Source of the DNA: Rhodospirillaceae bacterium
GTDB taxonomy: Bacteria; Pseudomonadota; Alphaproteobacteria; Rhodospirillales; CALINB01
Assembly: GCA_038114465.1 (NCBI GenBank)
Contig: JAYNQW010000004.1
Location: 25,528-89,527 of the forward strand
Direction of reading: 5' to 3'
Length of the DNA: 64,000 nt
Made by a program: the position numbers and the translations under genes
Shown: piece by piece, positions 38,415-48,108 of the stretch
How the letters are laid out: each line of letters opens with the position of its first letter
Position numbering within the stretch: the first letter of the stretch is position 1
The notes under the pieces: model-generated
What the model was told of the DNA's origin: nothing
What the model saw: the letters and a program-made list of their open reading frames with translations, nothing else
The model's database searches: none

Positions 38415-39383
38415 TTAATCGATCGTGAACGGCACTTCGAGCCCAATGCCTTGATCCCGGGCCAGTTCGAAAGCCTTCTTCGCCAGCGCCACGTCCTCCA
38501 TGGCAACGCCATGGGAATTATAAACGGTGATGGCATCAGATGACGCCCGCCCCTTTGCGGGATCCGCCATAATGTCACCGAGTTCCAGAACATCCTCCCA
38601 TGACCGACTCCCGTTTTCGACAGCGCGCAACAGGACGGCGGATTCTTTTTGTGCCTGAACCTTATTATCGACCGTGATAACCGAACACGCTTCAAGAGCG
38701 GCATCATCGAGTTCACGGCGTTCGAGCCGGTTCGCCCCCATCGCATTGATATGCGTGCCAGGCTTTAGATGCTCACCGAACAAAACCGGATCCGCTGACG
38801 TGGTTGCCGTCACCAAAACCGAACATGCGTAAAGTTCTTCCGGCGATTTTGCCGCGGATACGGGAATGCCGAGCTTATCCGTCATTTCTTTGCAAAATAT
38901 ATCGAGACGGCCTTGATCCCTGCCGATAGCAAGAATGTTTTTAATCGGCCTGACAGCGGCCACTGCGGCAAGTTGTGTCTTGGCTTGGCGCCCGGTGCCG
39001 AAAATACCGATGGAGTCAGCATCTTCTCGCGCCAGCAGTTTGGTACCGACACCGCTCGCGGCTGCCGTGCGCAACGCACCCAAATGAAAGACTTCAATGA
39101 TGGCATCGACCCGACCGGTCTTACTGTCCACCAATATCAATGTTCGCCCCGACTCGCTCGCAAAAACCATCGAGGACGATACTTTGACGGCAATTTTTCC
39201 CAACGGCGAAACGATTGCCGACGTTAGGCGCAAATAACCGCCGCCGGGAATATCGATCTGCTGACGCGGCGGATTGATAACCTCCCCCGCACCGCTGATC
39301 TTGAACACTTCCGACACCGCGTCGATGGCGTCCTCGATCGTGACGAGGGATTTAATATCGGCTTCAGAAAGAAAGATGGCCAT
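38415..39383 (-). CDS. Ornithine cyclodeaminase / mu-crystallin family protein
   Basis: 322 aa with the Rossmann segment IGIFGTGRQAKTQLAAVAAVRPI and a family-typical N-terminus. Confidence 0.75.
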   Translation of the reverse strand: MAIFLSEADIKSLVTIEDAIDAVSEVFKISGAGEVINPPRQQIDIPGGGYLRLTSAIVSPLGKIAVKVSSSMVFASESGRTLILVDSKTGRVDAIIEVFHLGALRTAAASGVGTKLLAREDADSIGIFGTGRQAKTQLAAVAAVRPIKNILAIGRDQGRLDIFCKEMTDKLGIPVSAAKSPEELYACSVLVTATTSADPVLFGEHLKPGTHINAMGANRLERRELDDAALEACSVITVDNKVQAQKESAVLLRAVENGSRSWEDVLELGDIMADPAKGRASSDAITVYNSHGVAMEDVALAKKAFELARDQGIGLEVPFTID

Positions 39384-39399
39384 AAAGCGCTCTATGTTT

Positions 39400-40164
39400 T
39401 TAAACGATCACCTCACCGCCCATGACATTCACGGATGTACCGGTCACGAATGATGAATCATCGGAAGCAAAATACAAACAAGCATTGGCGATGTCCTCAA
39501 CCTCACCGCGACGGCGAAGCGGGATCATCTCGAGGTGTTCCTTGGAACCACGAGGAACTTTTCGATCCTTGTACCATTCCGGGTTACGCCGTTCGGTTGC
39601 GATCGACCCTGGGTTGATCAAATTCGCCCGAATGCCGTAAGGGCCGCCTTCAGCCGCGACGGCGCGGATCAGCCCCAAAAGGCCATGTTTGCTGGCGGCA
39701 ACAGTACTGGTGCTTGGCTTAGCGGTAATAGCGCCCTTGCCACCCATCGCCATGATCGAGCCGTGTTTGCGTTCCATCATCCCCGGCATGACAGCGCGAA
39801 TAAGATAAAATGCGGCATGAAGATTGACACCCATTCCCCAATGCCATTCCTCATCGGTGATGTCGATGATCGGTGTATGGGGCCGCACGCCGGCGTTGTT
39901 CACCAAAATATCGATGCCGCCGATCGTTTCCGTCGCCTCCTTGACCATTGCGTTGACCTGCTGCGAGTCGGACACATCACCTTGTATGGCAAGGGCCTTG
40001 CGTCCTTTATCGCGGCACGCTGCGGCGACTTCCTCTAATTCATCCGGATTGCTTTTGGAAAGGACGATGATATCGGCCCCCTCATCAGCGAACGTCAATG
40101 CGATTTGCTTGCCGATATTCCGGCTCGCACCCGAAATCAACGCGATTTTACCTTGAAGTTTCAT
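39400..40164 (-). CDS. Short-chain dehydrogenase/reductase
   Basis: It carries ALISGASRNIGK and NNAG, and the catalytic segment SKHGLLGL falls in the YxxxK position region. 254 aa. Confidence 0.8.
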   Translation of the reverse strand: MKLQGKIALISGASRNIGKQIALTFADEGADIIVLSKSNPDELEEVAAACRDKGRKALAIQGDVSDSQQVNAMVKEATETIGGIDILVNNAGVRPHTPIIDITDEEWHWGMGVNLHAAFYLIRAVMPGMMERKHGSIMAMGGKGAITAKPSTSTVAASKHGLLGLIRAVAAEGGPYGIRANLINPGSIATERRNPEWYKDRKVPRGSKEHLEMIPLRRRGEVEDIANACLYFASDDSSFVTGTSVNVMGGEVIV

Positions 40165-40250
40165 GAATCCTCCCGTTAGCGAAATTGTTGTTTTTTTTCA
40201 TTATGCTGCCAAAATTCGATGAATGCCAACAATTACCGCGGAAGAATTAA

Positions 40251-41216
40251 ATGAATAAAAAACCCGTCATTGTCGTCGGACGCAAACTGCCGGAATCTAT
40301 TGAGGCGCGTTTAACCCGCGATTACGAACCACGATTTAATGCGGATGACAAACTCTATTCAACCGATGAACTCTTGGCGTTATGCGAGGGCGCGGACGCG
40401 GTGCTGCCGTGTCATTCCGAGCATTTCACGGCGGATGTGATCGCCAAACTACCGGATAGCATTAAGGCCATCGCCAATTTTTCCGTCGGAGTCGATCATG
40501 TCGACCTTGAGGCCGCTAAAGCCCGCGGCATCATCGTCACCAACACACCTAATGTCCTCAATGACGCCACCGCGGAAATCGCTATGCTGCTGATGTTGGG
40601 CGCGGCCCGGCGCGCCCATGAAGGCGAGCAGATCATGCGCCAAGGCACCTGGACGTCGTGGAGCCCGGCTTTCATGGTCGGCACGCAAGTTACCGGTAAG
40701 CGCTTTGGTGTCATCGGTATGGGCCGCGTCGGCCAAGTTGCAGCCGACCGCGCCCGCGGCTTCGGCATGGAAATCCATTATTACAACCGTAACCGTCTCA
40801 CCCCTGACCTCGAGAAAAGCGCGATCTATCACAAAACGGTTGAAGACCTCCTGCCCCATTGCGATGTGCTGTCGTTGCATTGCCCGGCGACGCCGGAAAC
40901 GGTGAAACTGCTGAATGCCAAACGCATTCAATTGTTGCCCGACGGCGCCATCGTGGTGAACACGGCACGCGGCGCCATCATCGATGAGGATGCTCTCGCG
41001 TCTGCCTTGAAAACAGGCAAGGTCGCCGCGGCGGGCTTGGATGTTTATGCCGAAGAACCGACGGCCCAATCCATATTCAAAGATATCCCGAATACATTTT
41101 TAATGCCGCACATCGGCAGCGCAACCCACGACACCCGCGATGCCATGGGGTTTCGCGCCCTCGATAATCTTGATGCGGTATTCGCCGGCAAGGAGCCGCG
41201 TGACCGCGTTGCTTAA
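40251..41216 (+). CDS. D-isomer-specific 2-hydroxyacid dehydrogenase (glyoxylate/hydroxypyruvate reductase-like)
   Basis: It carries GVIGMGRVGQVAADRA, NTARGAIIDEDAL and MPHIGSAT. Confidence 0.85.
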   Translation: MNKKPVIVVGRKLPESIEARLTRDYEPRFNADDKLYSTDELLALCEGADAVLPCHSEHFTADVIAKLPDSIKAIANFSVGVDHVDLEAAKARGIIVTNTPNVLNDATAEIAMLLMLGAARRAHEGEQIMRQGTWTSWSPAFMVGTQVTGKRFGVIGMGRVGQVAADRARGFGMEIHYYNRNRLTPDLEKSAIYHKTVEDLLPHCDVLSLHCPATPETVKLLNAKRIQLLPDGAIVVNTARGAIIDEDALASALKTGKVAAAGLDVYAEEPTAQSIFKDIPNTFLMPHIGSATHDTRDAMGFRALDNLDAVFAGKEPRDRVA

Positions 41217-41226
41217 AACGAAAAGC

Positions 41227-42432
41227 TTAAATCGCCATGTACTCGGGATCATGGCCCATGAGATAGGCCCCGACCGTTTGATAATGCACTTTATGGCCTT
41301 GGACTTGCTGAGTGACCGTAAGGAGGTCACGATAGCGTCGTTCAAACGGATTGTTCGCGAACACGGCCGTAGCACCGGCGGCATGGTAGGCGATGTCACC
41401 GGCTGTCTTGGCTTCCTGAATGGCGAAAGTCGTCGCCAAGCGTAGCCGCATTCGATGCTCCGGCGTACTAACAGTACCGCTTTCAGTCATTTCTTCCCAA
41501 ATCTCATTTACTTCATGCAGAACATAACTGCGGGCCGAACGAATGCGCGCCTCGGCAAGGGCCACTTCTGATTGGGAAAAGGCGTTATCCTTAAGCAGCG
41601 TCTTCCCGAAACGGCCCGATTTTTCCATGGCCAAGTCTTTAAAAGCTTCAAGGATACCCCGTGCCAAACCAATCGCGACACCGGCAAACATGATGGCATA
41701 CGTCGTATTTGAAAAAAATTTGTATAGAGTCCCATCGACATAATTGTTTTGATGGTCATCGCGGTAAAACGCGTACTTTTCCGGAATGAACAAATCTTTG
41801 ACTTCATAACCGTCGCTATTGGTTCCGCGCAGACCGATGACATCCCAGTAACCCTGAAAGTTTCCTTTCTCGGTGGGAAACAACATTGTCATCATGCGTG
41901 TTTCGTTTTCGGCTTCGGTAACGGGATTTCCATCATCATCGACAACCGTCACGTATTGTGCGCCCAGCCATGTCGAATGACGCCCGCCGCTTGAAAACAA
42001 CCACTTGCCGCTCACGCTGTAGCCGCCGTCGACGCGCTTGGCCTGCCCGCGACCAACTCCCCAGCCGAGACAGCCCTCGGGCTGGCCCCAAATTTCCTCG
42101 ACCGCGGAAGGTTCCAGCAAAGCCGAAGCGAGCGAACACCCATTGAGTTGGCCTAAACACCACGCGAGACTGCCGTCGTATTGCGCGACCGCGATCATGA
42201 TATCGTGCTGCTCCATCGGCGTTAATTCCGCACCGCCGTAGGCTTTCGGCAAGAGCGTTTTAAACAGTCCTGCTTCATGCAATTGGCTTAAAAGCGCAGG
42301 CGGCAAGGCCTGTTCGGCTTCGATTTGATCGGCGGCCTCAAGAATGACCGGCCCGAGTTCATGAACACGGGCAACGTAATCGGTGCCCGAGGCTGGTTCA
42401 ATTTTCTGTGTAGCCGAGCGGGGAGTCATCAA
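41227..42432 (-). CDS. Acyl-CoA dehydrogenase-fold protein (type-2 / flavin monooxygenase-like)
   Basis: 401 aa with a three-domain ACAD layout. The N-terminus (LPPALLSQLHEAGLFKTLLPKAYGGAEL) is typical of the ACAD type-2 group. Confidence 0.65.
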   Translation of the reverse strand: MMTPRSATQKIEPASGTDYVARVHELGPVILEAADQIEAEQALPPALLSQLHEAGLFKTLLPKAYGGAELTPMEQHDIMIAVAQYDGSLAWCLGQLNGCSLASALLEPSAVEEIWGQPEGCLGWGVGRGQAKRVDGGYSVSGKWLFSSGGRHSTWLGAQYVTVVDDDGNPVTEAENETRMMTMLFPTEKGNFQGYWDVIGLRGTNSDGYEVKDLFIPEKYAFYRDDHQNNYVDGTLYKFFSNTTYAIMFAGVAIGLARGILEAFKDLAMEKSGRFGKTLLKDNAFSQSEVALAEARIRSARSYVLHEVNEIWEEMTESGTVSTPEHRMRLRLATTFAIQEAKTAGDIAYHAAGATAVFANNPFERRYRDLLTVTQQVQGHKVHYQTVGAYLMGHDPEYMAI

Positions 42433-42455
42433 TTGATTCCATTCAAACGCGACGG

Positions 42456-43697
42456 CTAAATGTCGACTTCGCAGATATATAAACCACCGGAGAACCGGTC
42501 CACGCCGTACAACAGACCGGTTTCATCAACGTAAACATCGTTGATCTGTACCGCACCGGCGCGCGAGCCTTCCGGTGCTTCGGGAACGTAATAGGCGATT
42601 TCTTTCGGCTCAAACGGATCGGAGGTGTCGTAGACCCGCATGCCGGCATTGAACATGCCGCAGAACAAAATCGTGTCCGAACGGAATGAATAATCGCCCG
42701 GCCGGTTTTCATGTACGTTATGGGCACCGAAGCGGCCACCCCGGCGGGCGAATTCCTCAACCGGCGGCATCGGCAGCGTGCTGATCGGCACTAAATTCGT
42801 TTCCTCGCGCGCGTCCAAAATCCAAACCCGTTTTGGCCAATCCGCGCCACCGTCCTTGGTACACTCCTCACTGCAAATCAGCAAATCACGGCTGAGAAGC
42901 GGCATGACCGTATGCATGAAACCCGGGAACGGCGGATATGGGTTCCAATGGGTAATCATCTTCGGATTCGCCATGTCGGAAATATCCAACAGGATAACGC
43001 CGCCATCGATGTAAGCGAGGTATGCGCGATCTTTTTTCGCCGGATAGACATTTGTGTTGTGCGTACGAAAACCTGCCTCGAACGGAGGAACCCGTGGTGG
43101 CGGCGGCGCATCGTCGCCTTTGCGCGTACCCGGATACCACCAGCGGCCCACTTCGACCGGCTTGGTTGGATTTCGCACATCAATCGAGCGGTAAAACTGA
43201 CAATCGTTCGGATGGGTCGGCTCAAAATCCGGCGCCCCACCCGAAAAATGGATGTACTCGCCGTCAACAAACCAGCACTGGTGAACGCCCATCGAACCGG
43301 GGCCGGAGCAATCGTAAAACGAAATCGATTTTGGATTTTCTGGATCACTGACATCGAACAATTCAATCCCGGCCGGATCGCCACCCAACCCCGGATCAGA
43401 CACTAAGCCACTCGGCCCCATCGTTTGGTAGCACACGGCCATGATATCGCCGGCAAGGTCCAAGGAATTGGAGCGCACATACATATGTGGCAGCTCGGTT
43501 TGAACCGTTATTTTCGGATTTTTCGGATCAGTAACGTCGACGCCGGTAAAATTCTTTGGTGGGCCTTCATGCGCAAGCCACATGATACGGCGGCCGTCCT
43601 TGGTGACGTGTAATGCCATCCCCTCGCCCAGACCGCCGTAGCCGTCCAGGGTATGCTGTGAAATCAGGCGAATATTATGGGCTTCAGCTTGGCTCAT
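42456..43697 (-). CDS. LVIVD-repeat-like beta-propeller protein, apparently cytoplasmic
   Basis: The ATG at 43697 has a GGAGGT Shine-Dalgarno. The sequence shows repeated beta-strand blades (e.g. DVTDPKNPK, FDVSDPENPK, DISDMANPK, YDTSDPFEPK). No signal peptide is present. Confidence 0.55.
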   Translation of the reverse strand: MSQAEAHNIRLISQHTLDGYGGLGEGMALHVTKDGRRIMWLAHEGPPKNFTGVDVTDPKNPKITVQTELPHMYVRSNSLDLAGDIMAVCYQTMGPSGLVSDPGLGGDPAGIELFDVSDPENPKSISFYDCSGPGSMGVHQCWFVDGEYIHFSGGAPDFEPTHPNDCQFYRSIDVRNPTKPVEVGRWWYPGTRKGDDAPPPPRVPPFEAGFRTHNTNVYPAKKDRAYLAYIDGGVILLDISDMANPKMITHWNPYPPFPGFMHTVMPLLSRDLLICSEECTKDGGADWPKRVWILDAREETNLVPISTLPMPPVEEFARRGGRFGAHNVHENRPGDYSFRSDTILFCGMFNAGMRVYDTSDPFEPKEIAYYVPEAPEGSRAGAVQINDVYVDETGLLYGVDRFSGGLYICEVDI

Positions 43698-43792
43698 CTT
43701 ACCTCCGAAAAATCTTAATTTTGTTAATTGTTGGTCTTGGTATGTTATGAATTGTGTATGTATATGAATACCGTATTGAAGACACAATTACC

Positions 43793-44860
43793 ATGGCTCC
43801 AGTATCGAAAAATTTAAGAACGGATCGCATTCCGGTTTCCGTCATCACCGGCTTTCTCGGCAGCGGCAAAACCACGCTTTTGAACGCATTGCTCAAACAC
43901 CCCGGGATGGCCGACACCGCCGTCATTATTAATGAATTTGGCGAAATCGGCCTCGATCATCTTCTCGTCGAGGAAGCTTTTGAAGACGTCCTCTTGCTAC
44001 AAAGCGGGTGCCTGTGTTGCACGATCCGCGGCGATATAGTCGACACCCTCGACCGTCTGTATGGGCAAATGGACCGGGGGGAAGTCCCCCCCTTCAAACG
44101 CGCGGTCATTGAGACGACCGGCCTCGCCGACCCGGCACCCGTTCTACAGACCCTCATGACAGAAGACCTCATTACGAAGCGGTTTAGACTCGATAGCGTT
44201 ATCACCACGGTCGATGCGGCCAACGGCCTCGGTCAGCTTGATGAACACCCGGAACCGGCCAAACAAGCTGCCGTGGCCGACCGGATTGTTCTGACCAAAA
44301 CGGATCTTGTTTCAGATACGGAAGTTCAACAATTGAAAGAGCGCCTGGCGTCTTTAAATCCCGGTGCGCCGATTTTTGAAGTCATCAACGGGAATATCGA
44401 ACCCGACAAACTGTTCGGTGCCGCCCTATTCGATCTGACGCAAAAAACACCGGACGTGCAACAATGGTTGCGTGAAGAATCCTACAAATCCGAACACGAT
44501 CATCACGACAGTCACCATCACGATGTCAATCGTCACGGCGAAGACATCCGAGCATTTTGTTTAACTTATGACACACCGATCCCGTGGGATGCCTTTAAGG
44601 CATGGCTCGAATCCATCGCATCCGTGCGGGGTGCTGACCTGTTACGCATGAAAGGAATTGTTAACATCGAAGGCGAAACGACACCGATTGTTATCCATGC
44701 CGTGCAGCATGTGTTTCATCCTCCGGCACGCTTACCGAAGTGGCCCGATGATGATCATTCAACGCGTATTGTTTTTATTACCCGCAATATCGCGCAAGAA
44801 CCTCTGGCGAAAACACTGGAAGCATTCGCAACGCAAGTCAAACCGGCGTTTGCGGAATAA
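43793..44860 (+). CDS. COG0523/CobW-family G3E GTPase metallochaperone (second copy)
   Basis: It carries GFLGSGKTTLLN and QSGCLCCTIRGD. The His-rich segment EHDHHDSHHHDVNRH lies at 44492-44536. The ATG at 43793 is preferred. Confidence 0.88.
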   Translation: MAPVSKNLRTDRIPVSVITGFLGSGKTTLLNALLKHPGMADTAVIINEFGEIGLDHLLVEEAFEDVLLLQSGCLCCTIRGDIVDTLDRLYGQMDRGEVPPFKRAVIETTGLADPAPVLQTLMTEDLITKRFRLDSVITTVDAANGLGQLDEHPEPAKQAAVADRIVLTKTDLVSDTEVQQLKERLASLNPGAPIFEVINGNIEPDKLFGAALFDLTQKTPDVQQWLREESYKSEHDHHDSHHHDVNRHGEDIRAFCLTYDTPIPWDAFKAWLESIASVRGADLLRMKGIVNIEGETTPIVIHAVQHVFHPPARLPKWPDDDHSTRIVFITRNIAQEPLAKTLEAFATQVKPAFAE

Positions 44861-44861
44861 A

Positions 44862-46538
44862 TTAAACCACTGCTAAAGGCGCTAAAGCATCAATATCGGT
44901 GACCACATCGATAATCACCGGACGGTTCGCGTTAAACGCCTTGTCCAACGCACCGGGTAATTCGCCCGGTTTTTCGACCCGGATGCCGACGGCGCCCATG
45001 TCTTCGGCAATCTTGGCAAAATTGACGTCCGTGAAGTGCCATAAACGCAAGCCTTCGTCGGTTTGTTCGCCACCGTAGACGCGATCAAACCCGCGTTTAG
45101 ATTGATTGCCGGAACTGTTGTTGTTCACCAGCGTCACAGAATTCACCCCCCAACGGGCCGCCGATTCGATTTCGGCGATGTGATACCAAAAACCGGCATC
45201 GCCGGTGAAGGCGAACACGGGCCGGTCCGGCGCGCCGCATTTTGCACCAATACCGGCCGAAAACGCCCAGCCGAGATGCCCGGCGCTTCGCATATAGCTC
45301 TGGCTTGGCGTACGCAGGTCATACATGCCGCCCATCCACATGCCGCCATGTCCGGTATCGGCAACAACAATGGCATCATCCGGCAAGTGCTTGCTCAGTT
45401 CATGGCAAATCCGCTCCGGCCGCATGGGGGTCGCATCGGATTCTAATAAGTCCTTATATTTGTCATACCATTCGCCGACGACGTCTTTGGCACGTTTTGC
45501 CCAATTTTCCCGGCCGCTTGCAGACTCAGCGTTTGTTTGCTCGAGCATCCGCGCAATAACCGTTTTGGCGTCCCCCTGCACGGCCGCCTGGAACGGATAA
45601 TTACGGCCAAGCTCTTCCGGCTCAATGTCGATTTGAATGACCGGCCGACCGATCTCCGGCACCTGCCAAAAATTAGTCACCATACCGCCGGTCGATGAGC
45701 CGATGTAGCAAACGAGATCGGCTTCGTTCACGATCCGGTTGGCACTTTCGCGTGAATACGTTCCGACCACGCCAACGGATAGAGGATGCGTTGCCGGAAT
45801 TGAATCTTTGCCATTTAGCGATGTTGCGATGGGAATGTTCAGCCGTTCGGCTAACGATACCAGTTCAGCCTGCGCCCCTGATGCCCGCACACCACCACCG
45901 GCAACAATGACCGGTTTTTTTGATGCTTCGAGTAAAGACAGCGCCGCCCGGACCTGGTCCGGTGCTGGTTCGGGACGAAATGGAGTCACACGCTTAAACA
46001 TATCCTCGCACAACACTTCCATATCGGCTTCTTCGGCATCGACTTGGCCTTCATTCCCGCGAAATTGCAAATGAACCGGTCCGGGACAACCCGTAACAGC
46101 CGTGCGAAACGCTTGGCGTACCATATCGGGAAACCGTTCGACGGCATCGACGGTCGCATTGAATTTCGTTACAGGCTCAAACGCCGGCACGTCATCGACT
46201 TCCTGGTAAACACCACGGAACTTTGTCGACGGATCACGCCCACCAGTCATGGCAATGACAGGCGAGCGGGCCAACCACGCATCGCGCAAACCGGCGGCCA
46301 AATTTAAGGCACCGATGACCTGCGCCATGCAGATGCCGGGCTTTCCCGTAGCGCGAGCGTAGCCATCGGCCATGTACGCTGCCGATTTTTCCGAATGCAC
46401 ATGCAGACGTTTAATATCCGTGCGCTTTTCAAGCTCAACCATGGTCGTGCGCAGCACCGCCGGCACCATGAAGATGTGGCTAACATCATAGCCTTTAAGC
46501 ATATCGGCCATAACTTGCGCACCGGTCATTTTCGCCAT
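44862..46538 (-). CDS. Thiamine-pyrophosphate-dependent enzyme (acetolactate synthase large-subunit-like)
   Basis: 558 aa with an N-terminal Pyr domain (GYARATGKPGICM...GALNL) and the C-terminal TPP motif GDAGFWYHIAEIESAARWGVNSVTLVNNN. Confidence 0.8.
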   Translation of the reverse strand: MAKMTGAQVMADMLKGYDVSHIFMVPAVLRTTMVELEKRTDIKRLHVHSEKSAAYMADGYARATGKPGICMAQVIGALNLAAGLRDAWLARSPVIAMTGGRDPSTKFRGVYQEVDDVPAFEPVTKFNATVDAVERFPDMVRQAFRTAVTGCPGPVHLQFRGNEGQVDAEEADMEVLCEDMFKRVTPFRPEPAPDQVRAALSLLEASKKPVIVAGGGVRASGAQAELVSLAERLNIPIATSLNGKDSIPATHPLSVGVVGTYSRESANRIVNEADLVCYIGSSTGGMVTNFWQVPEIGRPVIQIDIEPEELGRNYPFQAAVQGDAKTVIARMLEQTNAESASGRENWAKRAKDVVGEWYDKYKDLLESDATPMRPERICHELSKHLPDDAIVVADTGHGGMWMGGMYDLRTPSQSYMRSAGHLGWAFSAGIGAKCGAPDRPVFAFTGDAGFWYHIAEIESAARWGVNSVTLVNNNSSGNQSKRGFDRVYGGEQTDEGLRLWHFTDVNFAKIAEDMGAVGIRVEKPGELPGALDKAFNANRPVIIDVVTDIDALAPLAVV

Positions 46539-46569
46539 GGGAAGACTCCGTCTTTGTTTAAGTTGCTAT

Positions 46570-47574
46570 TTATTTAATGGCGAGCGGATTGACCGGCGAA
46601 CCGACCGCGCCGGTGATCGGCAAGGCCGGCGCGACAAACATAAACTCGTATCGTCCGTCCTTGGCGCAATCCTTGGCGATTTCCGTGAAGTCGAAAATTT
46701 CGCCGACGGTCAAGCCCATGATCGGGATCGAAATCCAATGCCACGGCTGGTTGTATTCTTTCGACCGGTTCGGCCGTACTTCGGCCCCCCAAGTATCGGT
46801 CGCGACACCGGCGACTTCCTTTTCATGCAGCCATTGCAGTGTATCAAAACCGAGGCCCGGCGCATCGCCGCCGGGGTAGCCATCCCAGTTGCCCTTGTGC
46901 AGGCAATGCTCGAGCTGGCCGGTCCTCACCATGACAAAATCACCACGCTTGACCTCGACGTCATGATGCTTAGCCGTATCTTCCAAATGTTTTGCCGTGA
47001 CCTCAAATGCATCCGGCAGCCATTTCTTGCCGAGCATCTTCGGCACGTCTAATAAGATGCCCCGGCCGACGATTTTGTCGCGGGTCTTTTCAATGCCGCA
47101 TTTTTGCGCGCCGTTACTGGTCACCTCACGGACATCGAAACCGTTGTACATGTAGTCTTCGTAAAAGATGTGCCCTAATCCGTCCCATTGCGTGCCGCAT
47201 TGGGTCGGCAGGATAACGATATCATCAGAAGCCCGTATCTTGCGGTGATCCAGCACGCCGGAATAGGCATCCGTTCCCGTGCGCAACATGACATGGATCG
47301 GATTAAAACGGTTCATCGGCGGATACTTCGTTTTGCCACCTTGTGGTCCCGCTTGATCAAAATTGAGCGCCAGCGAAAAGACCTTGCCCCGTTGCACCAA
47401 TTGCGCGGCCTCAACGATGTCTTTCGGCTTGATGTAATTCAGCGTGCCAATTTCGTCTTTCTTGCCCCACTTACCCCAGTTTTTAAGCTTTCTCGCCGCG
47501 GCCTTCATCATGGGCTTGGTCACCAGCCCTTTGAAGCTCACTTTTTTCGCTTTTGATTTTGCTTTCTTCGCCAT
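46570..47574 (-). CDS. Cyclase-family (kynurenine-formamidase-like) metal hydrolase with K-rich N-terminal extension
   Basis: The N-terminus is MAKKAKSKAKKVSFKG...KLKNWGKWGKKDEIGTLN. The cyclase-family core contains GTQWDGLGH. Confidence 0.65.
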   Translation of the reverse strand: MAKKAKSKAKKVSFKGLVTKPMMKAAARKLKNWGKWGKKDEIGTLNYIKPKDIVEAAQLVQRGKVFSLALNFDQAGPQGGKTKYPPMNRFNPIHVMLRTGTDAYSGVLDHRKIRASDDIVILPTQCGTQWDGLGHIFYEDYMYNGFDVREVTSNGAQKCGIEKTRDKIVGRGILLDVPKMLGKKWLPDAFEVTAKHLEDTAKHHDVEVKRGDFVMVRTGQLEHCLHKGNWDGYPGGDAPGLGFDTLQWLHEKEVAGVATDTWGAEVRPNRSKEYNQPWHWISIPIMGLTVGEIFDFTEIAKDCAKDGRYEFMFVAPALPITGAVGSPVNPLAIK

Positions 47575-47589
47575 GATGACTCCTCTGAG

Positions 47590-48000
47590 TTATTTCTTTT
47601 CGTCCGGATCGAATCCCGGCTCATAATGGGGTTTATCGTAAGTACCGTCTTGGGTTTCCGTTTTCAGTTCCCGTGATGCATCTTTAATGCCGATAAATTC
47701 AACATCTTCATCCGACACCGTAATGAACTGATGATAGACGCCGGCGGGGACATAAACGAGTTCACCCGGACCAACGACGCGTTCGTCTTCACCCTCAATC
47801 ACGACTTTTAATTGTCCTTTGAGGATGTAATTAAACTGCTCAATCGAATGCTTGTGCATGCGAGAGCCTGTCCCCTTGGCTTTTGTTGCCAAGCCGAAGC
47901 TGATGCGCTCGCCAATCAATTTCGCGCCGTGAGAAGACGACACGCCCGGCGCATAGTCGAACTTTTCGGCTTCCGAAAAATTCGGAAAAATGTGTTTCAT
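47590..48000 (-). CDS. Cupin paralog 6 (136 aa)
   Basis: It carries GTGSRMHKHSIEQFNYILKG and GELVYVPAGVYHQ and ends HYEPGFDPDEKK. Confidence 0.85.
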   Translation of the reverse strand: MKHIFPNFSEAEKFDYAPGVSSSHGAKLIGERISFGLATKAKGTGSRMHKHSIEQFNYILKGQLKVVIEGEDERVVGPGELVYVPAGVYHQFITVSDEDVEFIGIKDASRELKTETQDGTYDKPHYEPGFDPDEKK

Positions 48001-48055
48001 TGTTTAGACCTCCCTGGTTTCTATGTTTTAGCTTGTCTTGGTCCTTACAGCAATA

Positions 48056-48086
48056 AGCCCCGGCGAAGACAATGCCGGGGCTTTTG
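48056..48086. terminator. Hairpin/terminator between the amidohydrolase and cupin 6 genes
   Basis: The 9-bp stem is AGCCCCGGC/GCCGGGGCT (48056-48064 / 48074-48082). The T-run (TTTTGATT) is on the plus strand, and only a weak U-tract lies on the coding (minus) strand. Confidence 0.45.
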
Positions 48087-48108
48087 ATTAAATCGTTCGA
48101 TTTTTGGC

